A stretch of 64,000 bases of DNA from Euprymna scolopes (taxonomy: Eukaryota). This document shows, one piece after another, positions 27,772-40,800 of this stretch (its first letter is position 1; every line of letters begins with the position of its first letter). Position numbers and translations under genes: made by a program. Location of the stretch: NCBI GenBank assembly GCA_053919585.1, contig CM132785.1. One strand, given 5' to 3'. The notes beneath the pieces are model-generated. The model was not told the origin of the DNA and did no database searches. It saw only the letters and a list, made by a program, of their open reading frames with translations.

Positions 27772-28096
27772 ATTTTTTTTATTAAAGGTCATCGCTTAGC
27801 AAGGCTCAAAGGTTATTCAAGGATAAGGACTAATGAGGTCAGGTGGGTGGTGAGATTGTGATGATTAGTAATGACGGTGGAATTTTGGTAGAATCCGATC
27901 ATGTAAAAGGACGTCTTACAAAGATTTGTTCATATTGGCCTTGAAAACGATAATGTTTTAGTCAGCTGTAAAATAGCCCCGCAGTATTTTGTTCCACAGA
28001 CGAGTAGTTAAAGGAAGAAAACTTAGTTCATGAAAGTTTCGTTTAGATTTTAGGGACAAAGAGGGAGAAAATTATTGACAGTGTTTGTAGCTAGAC
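27772..28096 (-). mobile_element. 3' fragment of LINE family A
   Basis: KSKRNFHELSFLPLTTRLWNK and a 3' UTR similar to 919-990, with T-run at ~27773. Confidence 0.75.
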
Positions 28097-28146
28097 AATT
28101 TTTTTTTTTTTTTTTTGTGAACGCGGTTTGCGGGTATACAGAACAC

Positions 28147-28212
28147 ATACATTGAATAACATAACAATATCATTAAAATAATACATTGAATAACATAACA
28201 ATATCATTAAAA
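28147..28212. repeat. 34-bp perfect tandem duplication
   Basis: ATACATTGAATAACATAACAATATCATTAAAA present twice. Confidence 0.9.
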
Positions 28213-31200
28213 AGGATGTAATTAGATATAGATAGACATATTTACTTTTGAAGAATGTATATCACATGGTGACTAGCAGTTTCTCGCTTTGTGCTTACGA
28301 GCACAGATGGCTTCCATGTGGCAGCCATTTGGTCTGATTAACGTAACGCAATAAACTGTCAACATGCGCCATTAATTCTATGTTCACGCTCTTTAAACGT
28401 TTATTGCCTGAGGTGACCTTACCGGGGAATGACGATAAGGCTGCTCAAACAAACCAGTGCACTACTCCTTATTCGCTAGTCTAGTCTAGCACTTTTCGGT
28501 ATTATACTACATGTCACCACTATGGCAGGGAAATAAATACACTTTTTTTTAAATGGAGATCTACTTATGCCTTATTGGTGATATTCGCTCATAAATATGA
28601 TTTTCTATGGTGATTGGCAATTTCTCGCTTTGCGTTCGTCAGGCGAAATGGTTTCCAAATGGCAGCTATATATAACTATAGTCCCCACTTATTTAGTCTG
28701 TTGAACGTAAGGCAATAAGCTGCCAACATATAATATTAATTCTTTGTTCACGCTTTTTAAACATATTTTTATGCTTTACCAGTGATATTGAGAATAATCT
28801 GATCATAAATATGGCAAGTAATTCTACTACATTAATTTACGTATTAACTTATGGTCGATGTTTTAAATAATTTTATGATTGTTCATTAAAATACTACTAT
28901 GTACTGATCTAAAAAAAGTAAACTAAATTGTAAAGTATTTCGAATTGACTACCAACTTTTCATCTAGGGCAGGTACCCGGTACTTTTCGTAACGATCAAA
29001 GAGCAACATTTGTTCCTGCTTGGCCCATTTTTATGGTACTGTTCAGGTTTAGGAAACCATTTTCGTCATTAAGAAATATTGCTTTATTCCCGGGCGCCTT
29101 AGGCCTCACCTATTAGTCACAGCAAATTTTGCACCTATACAGAGTTCTGTCTATGTAAAGGAAGTGAGACTTCCTCAACACACACGTGAAATTGAATATC
29201 TGATCTGTTACGTTGCGGAACCTGCACTTGCGCTTCATATGCATTCCTTCCTCCCTTTCTTTATGACCAGTCCGACTAACTCCACTATTAAAGAAATGAA
29301 CCTTTTGAGCTTGTCAGCTTAAAATTCTATTTTATAAGAATCAACAACATAAAGTAGAAGCTATATACTTGTGCTTGTTAATATATAATTTGATGTGATT
29401 ATTGCTATAAAAATAGTAAACAAATGAATAATGAAAAATGATTCATTAAAAATCGCTCAAACAATTTAAAACTAGTTTCTACTAAAACTCAAACAATACA
29501 TAATAGAAAACAGAAAATTTGATATCAATAAGAAACAAAGGTTAAATAGAAGATTAATCATTTAATCAACTGAATAAAAAGTGTTATTACTCGAACAATA
29601 CAGTAGATTAATTATCGGAAATTATTAGATAGGCATTGATAATTTGTATTAATTGGAGTATTTGAACTACTGTTCTCTTCTTAGATCTTATTCTCACAAC
29701 GTTTCAGCAGATAATGTGCTAGGAAATAATCAGTTGTAAATAACAATCTTCTAGAGGTTGAAGATTCAATTCTCAGTTCAGACGATACCAAGAATAGAAT
29801 TGCAAATTGCTGTACTTTTGCTGTTTACGGACCATGCTATTTTTTAGATAGAATTTTCAAGTTATATCCAATTTTTACATTATCTTTTGCTTATTAAATT
29901 GCTTGGTAAAAGTACAGAATAGTAAAAAAAGATGTTAAGAATGGGTTTCGAAATCATATTGTAAACTGCAGAAGTACCCAAATTACTTAAGAATACGACC
30001 CGATCATAGCTGACGAAACGAAAATTTATGTTCGACAGAAAGATACCCGAGTTCGACAAGATACACCTTAAGAATGTTAGAGGTTACATAGATCGGAGGA
30101 GCTGTGAGAATAACATCCAAGATGAGAATAATAGTTTGAATAATCTAAAAAATACAAAATAGGTAGATTACCGTTTACTATATTAGATACAAGGTCAGTT
30201 TATAATGACCATCCGACAGAATTCAAAAATAACTTTATCGGTCCTTTCGACAATTCTTAAGAATTAGTACATCTCAGGTGACAAACAATAGACCCATCAC
30301 TCTCTGGAGCTAGAAATGGAAAACAATAACTTATTTGTCTCAAAATTAATGGGTAATTTTGAAGTTATTTGTTTATCTGCATCAAACGACAGCGAGGTGG
30401 AGGTTAGTCAGTTTATTATTTATAAGTCCACTACACAAAGAAGGACCGCTGTGGTCTTGTCTAAAATTAGCATGTGTGTCTGGGATGCATTTTCTTTTTT
30501 TATTTCGAGGATGAGGATGCTTCAGATGAGCAATAACACACGCACACAATTACTTACACTTAGTGTCTTTAATGATGATTGGCTTAAACTGAACTGAGCG
30601 GAGGAAGAGTGCAAAATACAAAGGTCTTATGTACGACATGAAAAGAAACTGAAATTTTAGGAAAATATCTATCATTCGAATAATCATAGGAGTAACCGAG
30701 CTCGTGAAAAAAAATGTCAAAAACTACACGGCAATTTTTTTTAACTCTTAATCGCCCCAAATAAAGTAGATTGCCACTTAGACATAAGGGACCATGTTTA
30801 TGGGGATCGTACATAGGGATTTGAGCAGAAAGATGTTTATTCGCATTACATTTAAATTGCTGCATGTTGGTATAAAACATAAAGAAAGCAGAAAACAAGG
30901 AGGGAATACCAAAGTCTAGCAGTTAAAACGAAAAAAACTAATAAAATAAAAGGCTTTCCGGTGTACCAAGTGCAAGAGAGATACAAAAAATTGCGCTTAA
31001 AGGAACGATAAAAGTCTTAAAAAGATCTTCCGGTTGAAGTCTCTGAAATAGTGAATGAATATGTGCCATCCTGTAGGATGTCCTATACACAGAAAAAACA
31101 AAACGAAAAGAAAACTGAAAAAAAAAAATAGAAGACAAATGATAATAAAACCCTTCGCCGCATCCGAGGGGAGGAGGTCATTCGTGAGAGGATGGGTTTT

Positions 31201-31491
31201 TCAACCAGAACGGATAATACACTGATACAAATAAAAATATGATAATCGCACATCTGTATAATCTTTATCACGTTAACCCCATTTATGCGACCAAAATCAT
31301 GTCAAAAATGTATATTACGTCGAGGAGAGATTCACTTTCGCTGGAGAATTTCATTATTAGGTCGGTTGATTGAGAATGCGAGTGGATGATGAAAAAGGTG
31401 GAAACTCTATATGATGTCTCACGCTCGACAGCACATCACATGACTTAAATGTCTAAACGTTTTGGGGTGGGGGTCAGCTTTGTTTGTACCT

Positions 31492-31681
31492 ATTTATAAT
31501 GCCTCCCCACGGGACAGAGTAAGACACCAGGGTCGTTTTTTAACGTGGAGAAAAGGTACAAAAATAAAAAAAATTGTCTCAGTCGTGAAGGACCGCTCCT
31601 CCACCGAAAGAGAACACGAAATGGAAGCGCAGCACCTGAAGAACAGATATCACACTTTAATCTTGGCCAAAAGGCCAAGTA
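31492..31681 (-). mobile_element. U2 snRNA-headed SINE-like retroposon, copy 1, with TSD
   Basis: Minus strand begins TACTTGGCCTTTTGGCCAAGATTAAAGTGTGATATCTGTTCTT (U2 nt ~6-48), then a non-U2 body and tail GACCCTGGTGTCTTACTCTGTCCCGTGGGGAGGCATTATAAAT; flanked by TTGTTTGTACCT (31480-31491) and TTGTTTGTAGCT (31682-31693). Confidence 0.8.
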
Positions 31682-34199
31682 TTGTTTGTAGCTTTATAGC
31701 AATTCACACATAATTCTACATTTTAAACTCAATAATTTTAGCCGATATTTACGTACTTAGAAAAGGATAATCAATCTGATACTTATGTGCATATTTTTGT
31801 ACGCATACATGTGTCTATATGAGTATGTAGCTGTGTTTATGAGTATTTGCATTTTCGCGTTAGTATGTGCGACCATGGGTATATGGGTGCGCGTGCATGT
31901 ATGCATGTATGTGTTTGTTGGGATGAAGATGTAAAAATAATTAGAAATTAACCAGAATTCTAAGATATAGCATTATCCAACTTTTCTCTATATAATGCGA
32001 ATTTCTTTATAAGACTAATAGTACGTATGGCGTGAAAATCTCAGAATTTCGAAGCTGTGTTTATCTAGCGGCGTGTATAGAAAAAACACACACATGATTA
32101 GGTATGCGTGATATTGTGGTTGTCAAATTATCCATAGACCCAACAACTCACTGAGCATGTCTCAAAGCCCATATAATTACATACGCAGATAAGCAGAACG
32201 AATATATATATATATATATATATATATAAACATATATGTGTGTGTGTCACATGAGGAAATATTTATAAGAACAAACACATATAGAGATAATGTGTGTATT
32301 TTAATGTGTTCAACTTTTTTCAAAGTTTCTTATGATCCTTTGTCCGCTGAACAACATCTGTGTGTGTGTGTGTCTGTCTGTCTGTCTGTGTTTGTATGTA
32401 TGTGTGAAACTTGTTAAGAGTATATTACCGCCGAATTACTTTAATTCTTGTCAGTTTGGATCTGAATGTTCAAAACAACACATTACACCAGAAATATTAA
32501 TTTATTTATCAACAAGAAAAAATGTATTTTAAAATATGCTGCATGTTTGAAAAATAACTCTTTTTAATACTTTTTTAACGGAATCTACTTACTACGTAGA
32601 ATAAGAGGATTTTTTCTAAAATCTAAAATAAAATGTATCTTTCTGAAATCATAGTGTAAAAATGTCGAATGTACGCTGATATAAGATATTGGTGGAAGGT
32701 GCAAATACATACGTATGTGAAATAATCAGAAACCAGTGGTATAAAAACTCAGCCTATTGACCGGGTACTGGTACGGGTTGTAAAGTAAGTTTGAAAAAAA
32801 ATCACAAAGTAAAAATTGGGACCTGCATACATTTCAGATTTTTCTAACCATTCGACTCATTTGTTAAGTACTTAAACCGAGACACACGTTAGGTAACCCT
32901 TCTTCTGAGATAAAAATTCAAATTCTGTAAGAGTCTCATTTTTTGCTTTATCTTTTTCTTGTTTATTCACAGTCACGTGGATTTAATCCATTGTTTATTT
33001 GATATTATCCGCAGACATTATCATCGACAAAAGATGGGAGTGTAATATATAAGAACCTGCTTAACATTTGTCTGATTCACTTTCCTGGGCTAGTCAGTTC
33101 GAAAGAAAGTAGGGCTTAATGAAGAAAAAAGCAGAAAAAAAACTGATAACCAGCAAGAATTTGCAAGTTCAAATTCTCAAGAGCAAAATAGAAAAGCAAC
33201 TTCAACTATTTTTTCTCATAGTTCACTCATGTGACATCTCTGTAAAGATCATTATGGTCGTCTTTTTTAGGGTAGAATGAAGGCACCACTCACATTGAGT
33301 ATTAAGTAAATAAACTGAATTTTTTTTTTTTTTGGATCGAGTGTGCGTAAGTGTATGTCCGAGGTAAGGCGAAATCGGATAACACTGATTTTGAAGTCTG
33401 CTCTGACTGGTGTTGGAGAGAAAAGAGACAGAAACGAATTATATTCCCTTTCAGTATTCCATGCATGCGGACTCTCTGTGATTAGTGAACTTTTATATCA
33501 ATTTGTTTAGCTTGTTCCTTATGTAACTTGTACATTAGTATATTATTTTAAAGGCAAATCTGAATATTTCATTTTTCGTTTCCACTTGCACCAATCTGCA
33601 AAAGTGTTATACCCAATGCATGTATTACATAAAATAATGACTGTATAATAGCACCAACGCATATTATAGCTTTATAGAATAAAAATATTTTTGTTTTGGT
33701 CATTACTAATACAAACTGAGGTTCATTTTGGCAACATTCTGGTAATTTAGAAGCTGCGCTGAACCATCAGTGCCTTCGTTGTTGAGATAAAGTATGGTTC
33801 GGCTCAGTTCTCGGAAATTAACTTTCTCAGGCATTATGCTTTCCTTCTAGAGAAATGTTAGTTTTTCATCAGTCGCCTGGTGCGCTTCTGTCGGGAATGC
33901 CGTCAAGTAGGTTCTCATATATTTGGGGAGGAAGAAAGACTCATCCTCCCAATGTTTACATGTCTAAGATTGCAGCAGTGGAAAGCGGATAAATATTGAT
34001 AATAATATTGAACTTGGTGTAGATGTACATGCTAAATTACATTATGTTCTATAATTTATGCATAAATTTTAGTGTATGTTATTTTTAAACAGTTACAGAT
34101 ATACAAATATTCGTTAAACAATAAGCAACGAATTGGTTTATAAGCATTGTCAGTAAATGTGCATTTATCAAAAGTAGGTTGCAGCAGACATAAGATAAC

Positions 34200-34400
34200 C
34201 ATTCAAGAGTAAGACACAAAATCGTTCTTTTATGTGAGAAAAATCCAGCTCACCAAAAAGTATACTGTGCATTGGGACGAAAGTAAAAGTTGTCGAAGTT
34301 TAGAAGGGTTTCTTCTTCACTGAACGAGAACAGAAAAGGTGAAGTGTAGTAACAGAACAGATACTACACTTTGCTCCTTGCCAAAAGGTCAAGGACACAT
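34200..34400 (-). mobile_element. U2 snRNA-headed SINE-like retroposon, copy 2
   Basis: Minus strand from 34400: ATGTGTCCTTGACCTTTTGGCAAGGAGCAAAGTGTAGTATCTGTTCT, an ungapped match to U2 nt 1-47; body and tail align with copy 1. Confidence 0.78.
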
Positions 34401-35098
34401 GAAAAAAACATAGCACAGATATTTATAAATGTTTCTTTATTAGTTGGTTTTGCATATTCAGGAAACAAAGCTATTTTGTATATTTTTGGCCATTTCATAA
34501 CCGCACATCTTTAGCTGAAGGCCGGATGAAAAGGCGGGAATAGAGACCAAACATATTTGATCGTTGGCACATAAAATGCATCCTCTAATTTTTTTTTACA
34601 TTCTGCAGTTGCCTGGTTGGTCTGCTTTTATTTTTTCCATTTTTACAAACAAGATCCATCCACTCATATAGTGACTCCGAATAGTATTGAGTAAGGATGT
34701 CGCCTCATTCTTAGAATTAGCTGTTGATTTCTCAACTCGACAAAGTCACGTTTTCTTCATCTAATTTTCTAACACTACGAAAACCAAATATTCGCGGCTT
34801 GGTAAAATAAGAAATATCTCAAATTATTCACTATGTCTCTGTTTCTTCCTGTCTGACACAATATCGCAACACGTTGCTCTAACCCAAACTTTTCACTTCT
34901 AATGGAATTTTCCACTTATGGTTAAATACGGGTTTCCTTATATGGTGAAATACAGGTTTTAACATTATTTTTACACCCTCGCGTCTAAAAGTTACTACAC
35001 TACAACTGGCATTCAGATGAGCCTAGTTTTATAGAAAACCATTTATCACAAAAATCTCATAACAAGAAAATTATTTGTAAAAGTGTTTAAAAACTCAC

Positions 35099-35338
35099 CC
35101 GAAGAGCATGATCGTCAATTTCCTTGTATTGTTCCAAATTGAAAATATCGGCCTTGGATTTGACCGAAGGGTAAGGTAAAACATCTCCTTTTTCATCCCG
35201 AGGGATTGGGAGTCTGAGTTCTCCGCACTTCACCTGGGCCTCCCTCAGCAATTCTGGGGTTGGAGCCTCATCAAAAAATTTGTATCTGGCAATGCCGGCA
35301 CGGCAACGGGCCAGATAGTCGTGCTTTGTGGATACCAT
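35099..35338 (-). CDS. First coding exon (80 codons) of a host gene, probably kyphoscoliosis peptidase/Hillarin/LTD-1-like (transglutaminase-like family)
   Basis: GC-rich open frame. Acceptor (pyrimidine tract)AG at 35395-35394 gives exon 35099-35393. In-frame upstream TAA, then ATCATGG Kozak start; phase-0 donor CGG|GTGAGT at 35098. PYPSVKSKADIFNLEQYKEIDDHALR resembles the segment preceding the TGc domain in KY/Hillarin proteins (recalled, not searched). Confidence 0.72.
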
Positions 35339-35520
35339 GATGAATGTCCGATTTTAAAGTTTCGTCACGGGACAAATTGGCGACGATAGCTTCCTAAAAA
35401 ATAGAACAAAAAATATAAAATTATTTAATTATTCATCAACGCTTGCAGTTAATTTTACTCAATAAATACATTTCAACATTTAACAAAATATAATTATTAG
35501 ACTTAAATTTAATAATTTAC

Positions 35521-35760
35521 GTTGCTACAATATTCTAAAAACTCCCTGACTGAAATCCTTTTTTGGACACATTCGAAACATATGGAAGTTTCATCAGCCT
35601 AATTGCAAACTCACTATCGTTTTGATCTCTTCCGGTCCTTCAAGGACGCTGCTACGTGTCCAAGATTTGTCAACGATCACATTATTGACAAGGACGAGAA
35701 GGTGTCGAAACAGGTCTAATCCCAAACAGCGACATCATGATTGAAAAGAAAAACACCGTT
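35521..35760 (-). other. Candidate 5' UTR exon of the same gene (5' boundary uncertain)
   Basis: Donor-like AC|GTAAAT at 35520; 127-bp AT-rich intron to the acceptor at 35394; higher GC than flanks. Confidence 0.35.
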
Positions 35761-37827
35761 AGGCCATAATAAATAAACTATTCCGTCAAATAATAATTAA
35801 GATATTCCTTAATTATTATTTTTCTAGATGACCTATTTATCTCACTAACAATAAAACCCAAGTATATTTCGTATATTTTTTACACATAAAAAGAACAAAC
35901 GGTACACACTTGTTTTTCTTTGTTACAACCATGTAATATACATTTATCTATACATGTTTTATTAAAATCGTTTAATACTGAAATATAAGTAAACAAGCAT
36001 TGAGGATTTTTCTTGACACCAAAGCCAACAGACTCTGGACCAGTGTTGAAATGTTTTTTCACTGTTGGTTGAAGCATAATTGGCTTTGCTTCTGTGCAAT
36101 TCTATAAGATTCAGTCTTCCAGGCTTCGCCTCTCGTATTTTTACTAGAGTAAATGTATTCCCTGTTGCCTGATTCGCATTGATCAGGGAATTCCAACGGG
36201 GCTGCACAGGCAATTTTAATAGGCCAGAGTACTCCTCCTTTAGAGGTACTGAGGACTGTGCCCACCTTCCGACCTTGTGTCACAGAAGGAAGTAAATACC
36301 AGCATCATAATAGTTCGAGAATTCAATCAAATTGAAAAAAGATCCCACAAGTAAGTGAAATCTCAATAATCATTTAGATACTATCAGCGACAGTAAATTG
36401 GCGTTTATACTAGGACCTTTACGATAATGGTAGTTGGCTATTTCACTTATCACAGTGTTCCTATTTACTTGTTTCCCCATGACAGTAAACATTTTAATAT
36501 GGAGAAAATTCCTTAAAAAGAGGCACTGGGTTTGAAAAAAGTAACAATTGTACCTCTATCTAGCGGGACTTTTTCTTCACTGACTAAGGATAGATAGACT
36601 TAGTGTAGTACTAAGTCTATTCGAATTATAACTAAAAAACTTGTGTAAAACTGATATACACTATTGTAATTCAGCTTCTTTTCCATTGTGCCATGTTTTT
36701 GTACGCATATTGTAAAACACTGATGTCCATGTGTGCATGTGCATTTGTCTGTGTACGCTATGTTTGTGCATGGGTATATACGCGTGCATGTATGCATATG
36801 CGCACGTCAATCTGTATGCCTATTGAAATTAATATTAGTGACATCTTTTCTCCATTTAACAACGAATGTATAAGCCTTTTCAAATAGCGCACATTTTGGA
36901 ACGTTATTAACGAAGTTCTGTAATTAAAAAGTATCTAAAAAGAATGTCTTTGTAATTCCCTCTTACTTGACTTGGCATATTCCTCATATACAAACAACCG
37001 CCTATTGAAGCCATTGGGTCTATGTTATTGCTCTTTCTTTTTGTGTTACAATCTGATGTTGATTTAACCATAAGCGATTACTCGAGAAGCATTGAAGTTA
37101 GAAATACGATTCCCCTCAGATGGGATGGGCTAAGGGTGTTTCTATCACCTTTAAACTCGGGTAGTATTTGACGCACAGAATAAGCACAGTCGACATGCAG
37201 CAATAGACAAAAATAATCGCCTCACTATATAAACATGTCAAAGTGCACTATTGTTAGTTACATAAAAATGAAATACTTATATTAATAAATAAGTATATAA
37301 CTTTATGTTAATTTATTCTAAACATTGAACCAACATTGGCACATTAGACATTACTGTATGCATTACTCACTTAGAAATATAAGTGTCCTTTTCCTTTTAT
37401 TCTTCATTTAAGTCATTTATTTATTTACTTTATCCTCTTAATCTTCTTCTCTTTGCTGCAACTACTAGTGCTACTGCTTTAGTATATTATTTTCTTCTTT
37501 ATTTTCGTCATTTATTTATTTACGTTAGTTTTCTACTTTCCCCTTATGCTTCTGTGACTATTACCTCAATTTCTCTCCTTCAATCACTTCTCGCCTCATT
37601 TGCTTTTACTACGTAAGTACGTAAAACTTACTCTCTCTGGAGAGCTTTATTACACGACTGAGGACTGGAGCGGTTGTTTCGTTGCATCAACACATTCGTG
37701 GATTACCATGTTACACTGTAGTAGTTGCTAAAAGTGTTTTAAGGGCTGTATTCGTTTTCTGATACCGTAAAAATGGCAGCATCCTGTTTTGATTTGATCT
37801 TCTGTAAAACAATTCATATATATATAA

Positions 37828-37836
<9 letters not shown>

Positions 37837-37887
<51 letters not shown>
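37837..37887. repeat. (TG)n microsatellite; another at 52882-52922
   Basis: Direct reading. Confidence 0.95.
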
Positions 37888-37889
<2 letters not shown>

Positions 37890-40800
37890 AATGCTGGGCA
37901 TTAATTTTCCTCTCCCCAAATGATGAGATGCTATAGTTTATCTTTCTTTTGGTCTCTGAGTCTCACTGTATACAAGGACAAGAAATCACCTGGTCTGGTA
38001 TCCAGTGCTGTTACTTGAGGTGACATCACAAGGAGAAGGTGCACCATTCCTCGTATAAGCCAATATATAGCAGTGTCGAGGGGGATCTTATTTTGGGTTT
38101 CGAATAATATACTATTTTGAATATTTAGCCAGAGTCTGTTTGCTTTTAGGATGAAGTATCCCCATGTCAGGTTGTCCTGACAAACCCTAGTACATGGATG
38201 CTAAAGGCACTTGAAGATGATGTCGCTGTGTGATAAAAACTCTGATAGCTAACAAAAAAATTAACGTGGTTAAAGATAGATACATAGACTGAAGAAGAGG
38301 GGTAGACTATGAAGTGTGTGATTTAAATAAAGAGAGACAAAAACAGAGAAACAGAACGAGATATAGGATGTGTGTATATATGTGTAATAAAGAGAGGCGT
38401 AGCTCGCAAGAAATGAACACGAGTAAAGATAGATACATGCATATGTATATAGATAGAGGTTGAAAGAGACTGATTAAGCTGACATAATATCACTGTCATG
38501 GTCCGTTGCGTTACCAACGAAACCGGTTTCACGTTTTATGTATGTAAAAAGAAAAGGTCAAAACTAAACTTTTCTTTTATTCATAAACAAAAGACGTGTC
38601 ATACTTTTCAACAGTCCAAATTCTTGGATAATACGTCAATGTATTTGACTTCGTCTCGACTTGGTACGTAACATAATATTCTGTGCGAAAAGGAAAATAA
38701 TATTCCCATTGACTTTGAGAAACACTCAAGAAAATTTGGTATCCGTAATAAAGAGAAGTTTTAATTTTCACAAGAAAAGATTTACCAGCGATTGTCATCT
38801 CGAGTTAAATTGTTCTGAATTTAGTTGAACCGAGTCTGGCCACATAGTAAATATTATGTCTAAACACAGACATATCCGTTTTGCTTGAAAAGTAACATGT
38901 AAAATACTGGTCAGATTATTTAGTTTATCCTTGGCCATAATGAAATACTGTTAAGTGCGAAGGTGGTTATCTTTACTAGTAGTTATAGGTGCGTATTTGC
39001 TGAGACATATAAGTTGCTGTGTAAGAAAATAAAAAGCCTCTTCGACAGGAGTCAATGATGAGTAAAACTGTGATACAGCAAGAATTGTGAAGAAATGAAA
39101 ATCGGTTATTATAAGCGGAAAGTAGATCCGATGAACGACGGAGAAAATTGTTTGTGAAGGCTCTCGCCCAGTCTAGATGAAAGCGTCATATTACAAGACA
39201 AGTTGATCATTTTCTAACTAAAATTGTATTATGTTAAGCAATCGCTTACTACAATTGTCTTTTTAGAAGCGAATAAGCGAGCAAACGTATAAAAAAATAT
39301 TCCAATGAAAAGATAATCTAAGTCGTGTTGTAGCATATAAGAAACTCAATTTTTCTCTCCGTTTGGATTTTTTAGCCTCGATGAGATTTAATTGTAACTT
39401 AATAATCGGCACGCAGTTGAAAAAAATCTTTAGTTCTATCAAGGTTTAATTTAATTATATAATATTGGAAGATATTCTTCTAGTTATACTGATTAGTTAC
39501 TTGTATATAACAATCAGTAAATATAAATAACCACTTAAATATATGTATATTTTCAAGATACGCACTAAATGGGTGAGGACATTTTGGAGGCTACGAAGTA
39601 TATGAATGATTTAGTATCTATTACCAATGGAGATTTGGTATCTGTCTGCCCAAAACCGATACTATACTATTACTTATATTAATTGTACTATCTTTTAATG
39701 TTTAGTTCATGGGAAATAATGTAGCATATATTCTGCTGTCATGAGATCATCCTGCCAAGAATTATTTCCTCCTTTGAGTGTTGGTATTGTAGTACATGTT
39801 CTGTTGTCACGAGAAGTATGATACAAATTAGCCTGAAAGCGACTTTGTTGCTGTTGGTTGAGGTATGGTTCTGTTGAGTTATAAAAGTTCCATCTTCTCA
39901 GGCGTTATCTTTTCTCTGATAAGGGATTACTTTATTGCTAATCGCCTGAGAGCCCCTACAATAAAATGTCAGAGTCGCTCAGGTATTTTTGTAGATCGGA
40001 ATACGTTTATTCTAGTGCACTGGCTTCTCAAAACCAAACATGACCTTATCCCTTATCTCCAAGCAAAAAGGTAAATAATATGTTCTCCCAGACATTACCC
40101 TCATTTTCGGAGGAGGATGGTATAGTATATTATTATATATTGTTGATTTAGTGTAGGGGCTTGTCTAGCCAAGCAAAGGAATTGTGACNNNNNNNNNNNN
40201 NNNNNNNNNNNNNNNNNNNNNNNNNNNNNNNNNNNNNNNNNNNNNNNNNNNNNNNNNNNNNNNNNNNNNNNNNNNNNNNNNNNNNNNNNNNNNNNNNNNN
40301 NNNNNNNNNNNNNNNNNNNNNNNNNNNNNNNNAGTGGATAGATTTAGCACTTGTATATACAAGGTGTTGTTATCATTCCAGACTAAATAGTTTACGTAGC
40401 ACAGCGAAAATAGTTTCGAATCAACCACTAGTTGAATAATTCAAAGGACAATTACACGATGTCTAGAAATCAGTCAACCGGGTCCCATTATAATCTTTAT
40501 AAGTGGTAAAGACCAGAGTTTCACAAAGCCAAGGAGAAACTAATTGCGTCGTCATTTACTTCAAATATCTTAAACACCCCTCAATCTCACATCTGCCTAA
40601 TTGTCGGTGGAAACACATACATATGCTGAATTAGTTACGATGCACATTACATATGAACTCTCGTACAACACTGCCCCATGCACCCACATACATGTATAAA
40701 AATACTTGACCAACCATGAATAGTATTTTGTATGCATATCATTAAATATGTCTTCATACCCCTTCCTCTCTCTCTCTCTCTCTCTCTCTCTTCCTCCATC

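Noticed and set aside
31017-31082. Possible terminal exon (DILQDGTYSFTISETSTGRSF*) in phase with the 35099 donor
   Set aside because: Good pyrimidine tract and AG, but no similarity to the expected continuation; unsupported without transcripts
31639-34400. Functional U2 snRNA genes
   Set aside because: Only nt 1-48 are present, with many substitutions and no Sm site or 3' stem-loops
35962-36283. hAT transposase-like motif LKLPVQPRWNSL in the minus-strand ORFs
   Set aside because: The DNA is a plus-strand copy of SINE-like family F (aligns with 9900-10207), so the motif is coincidental
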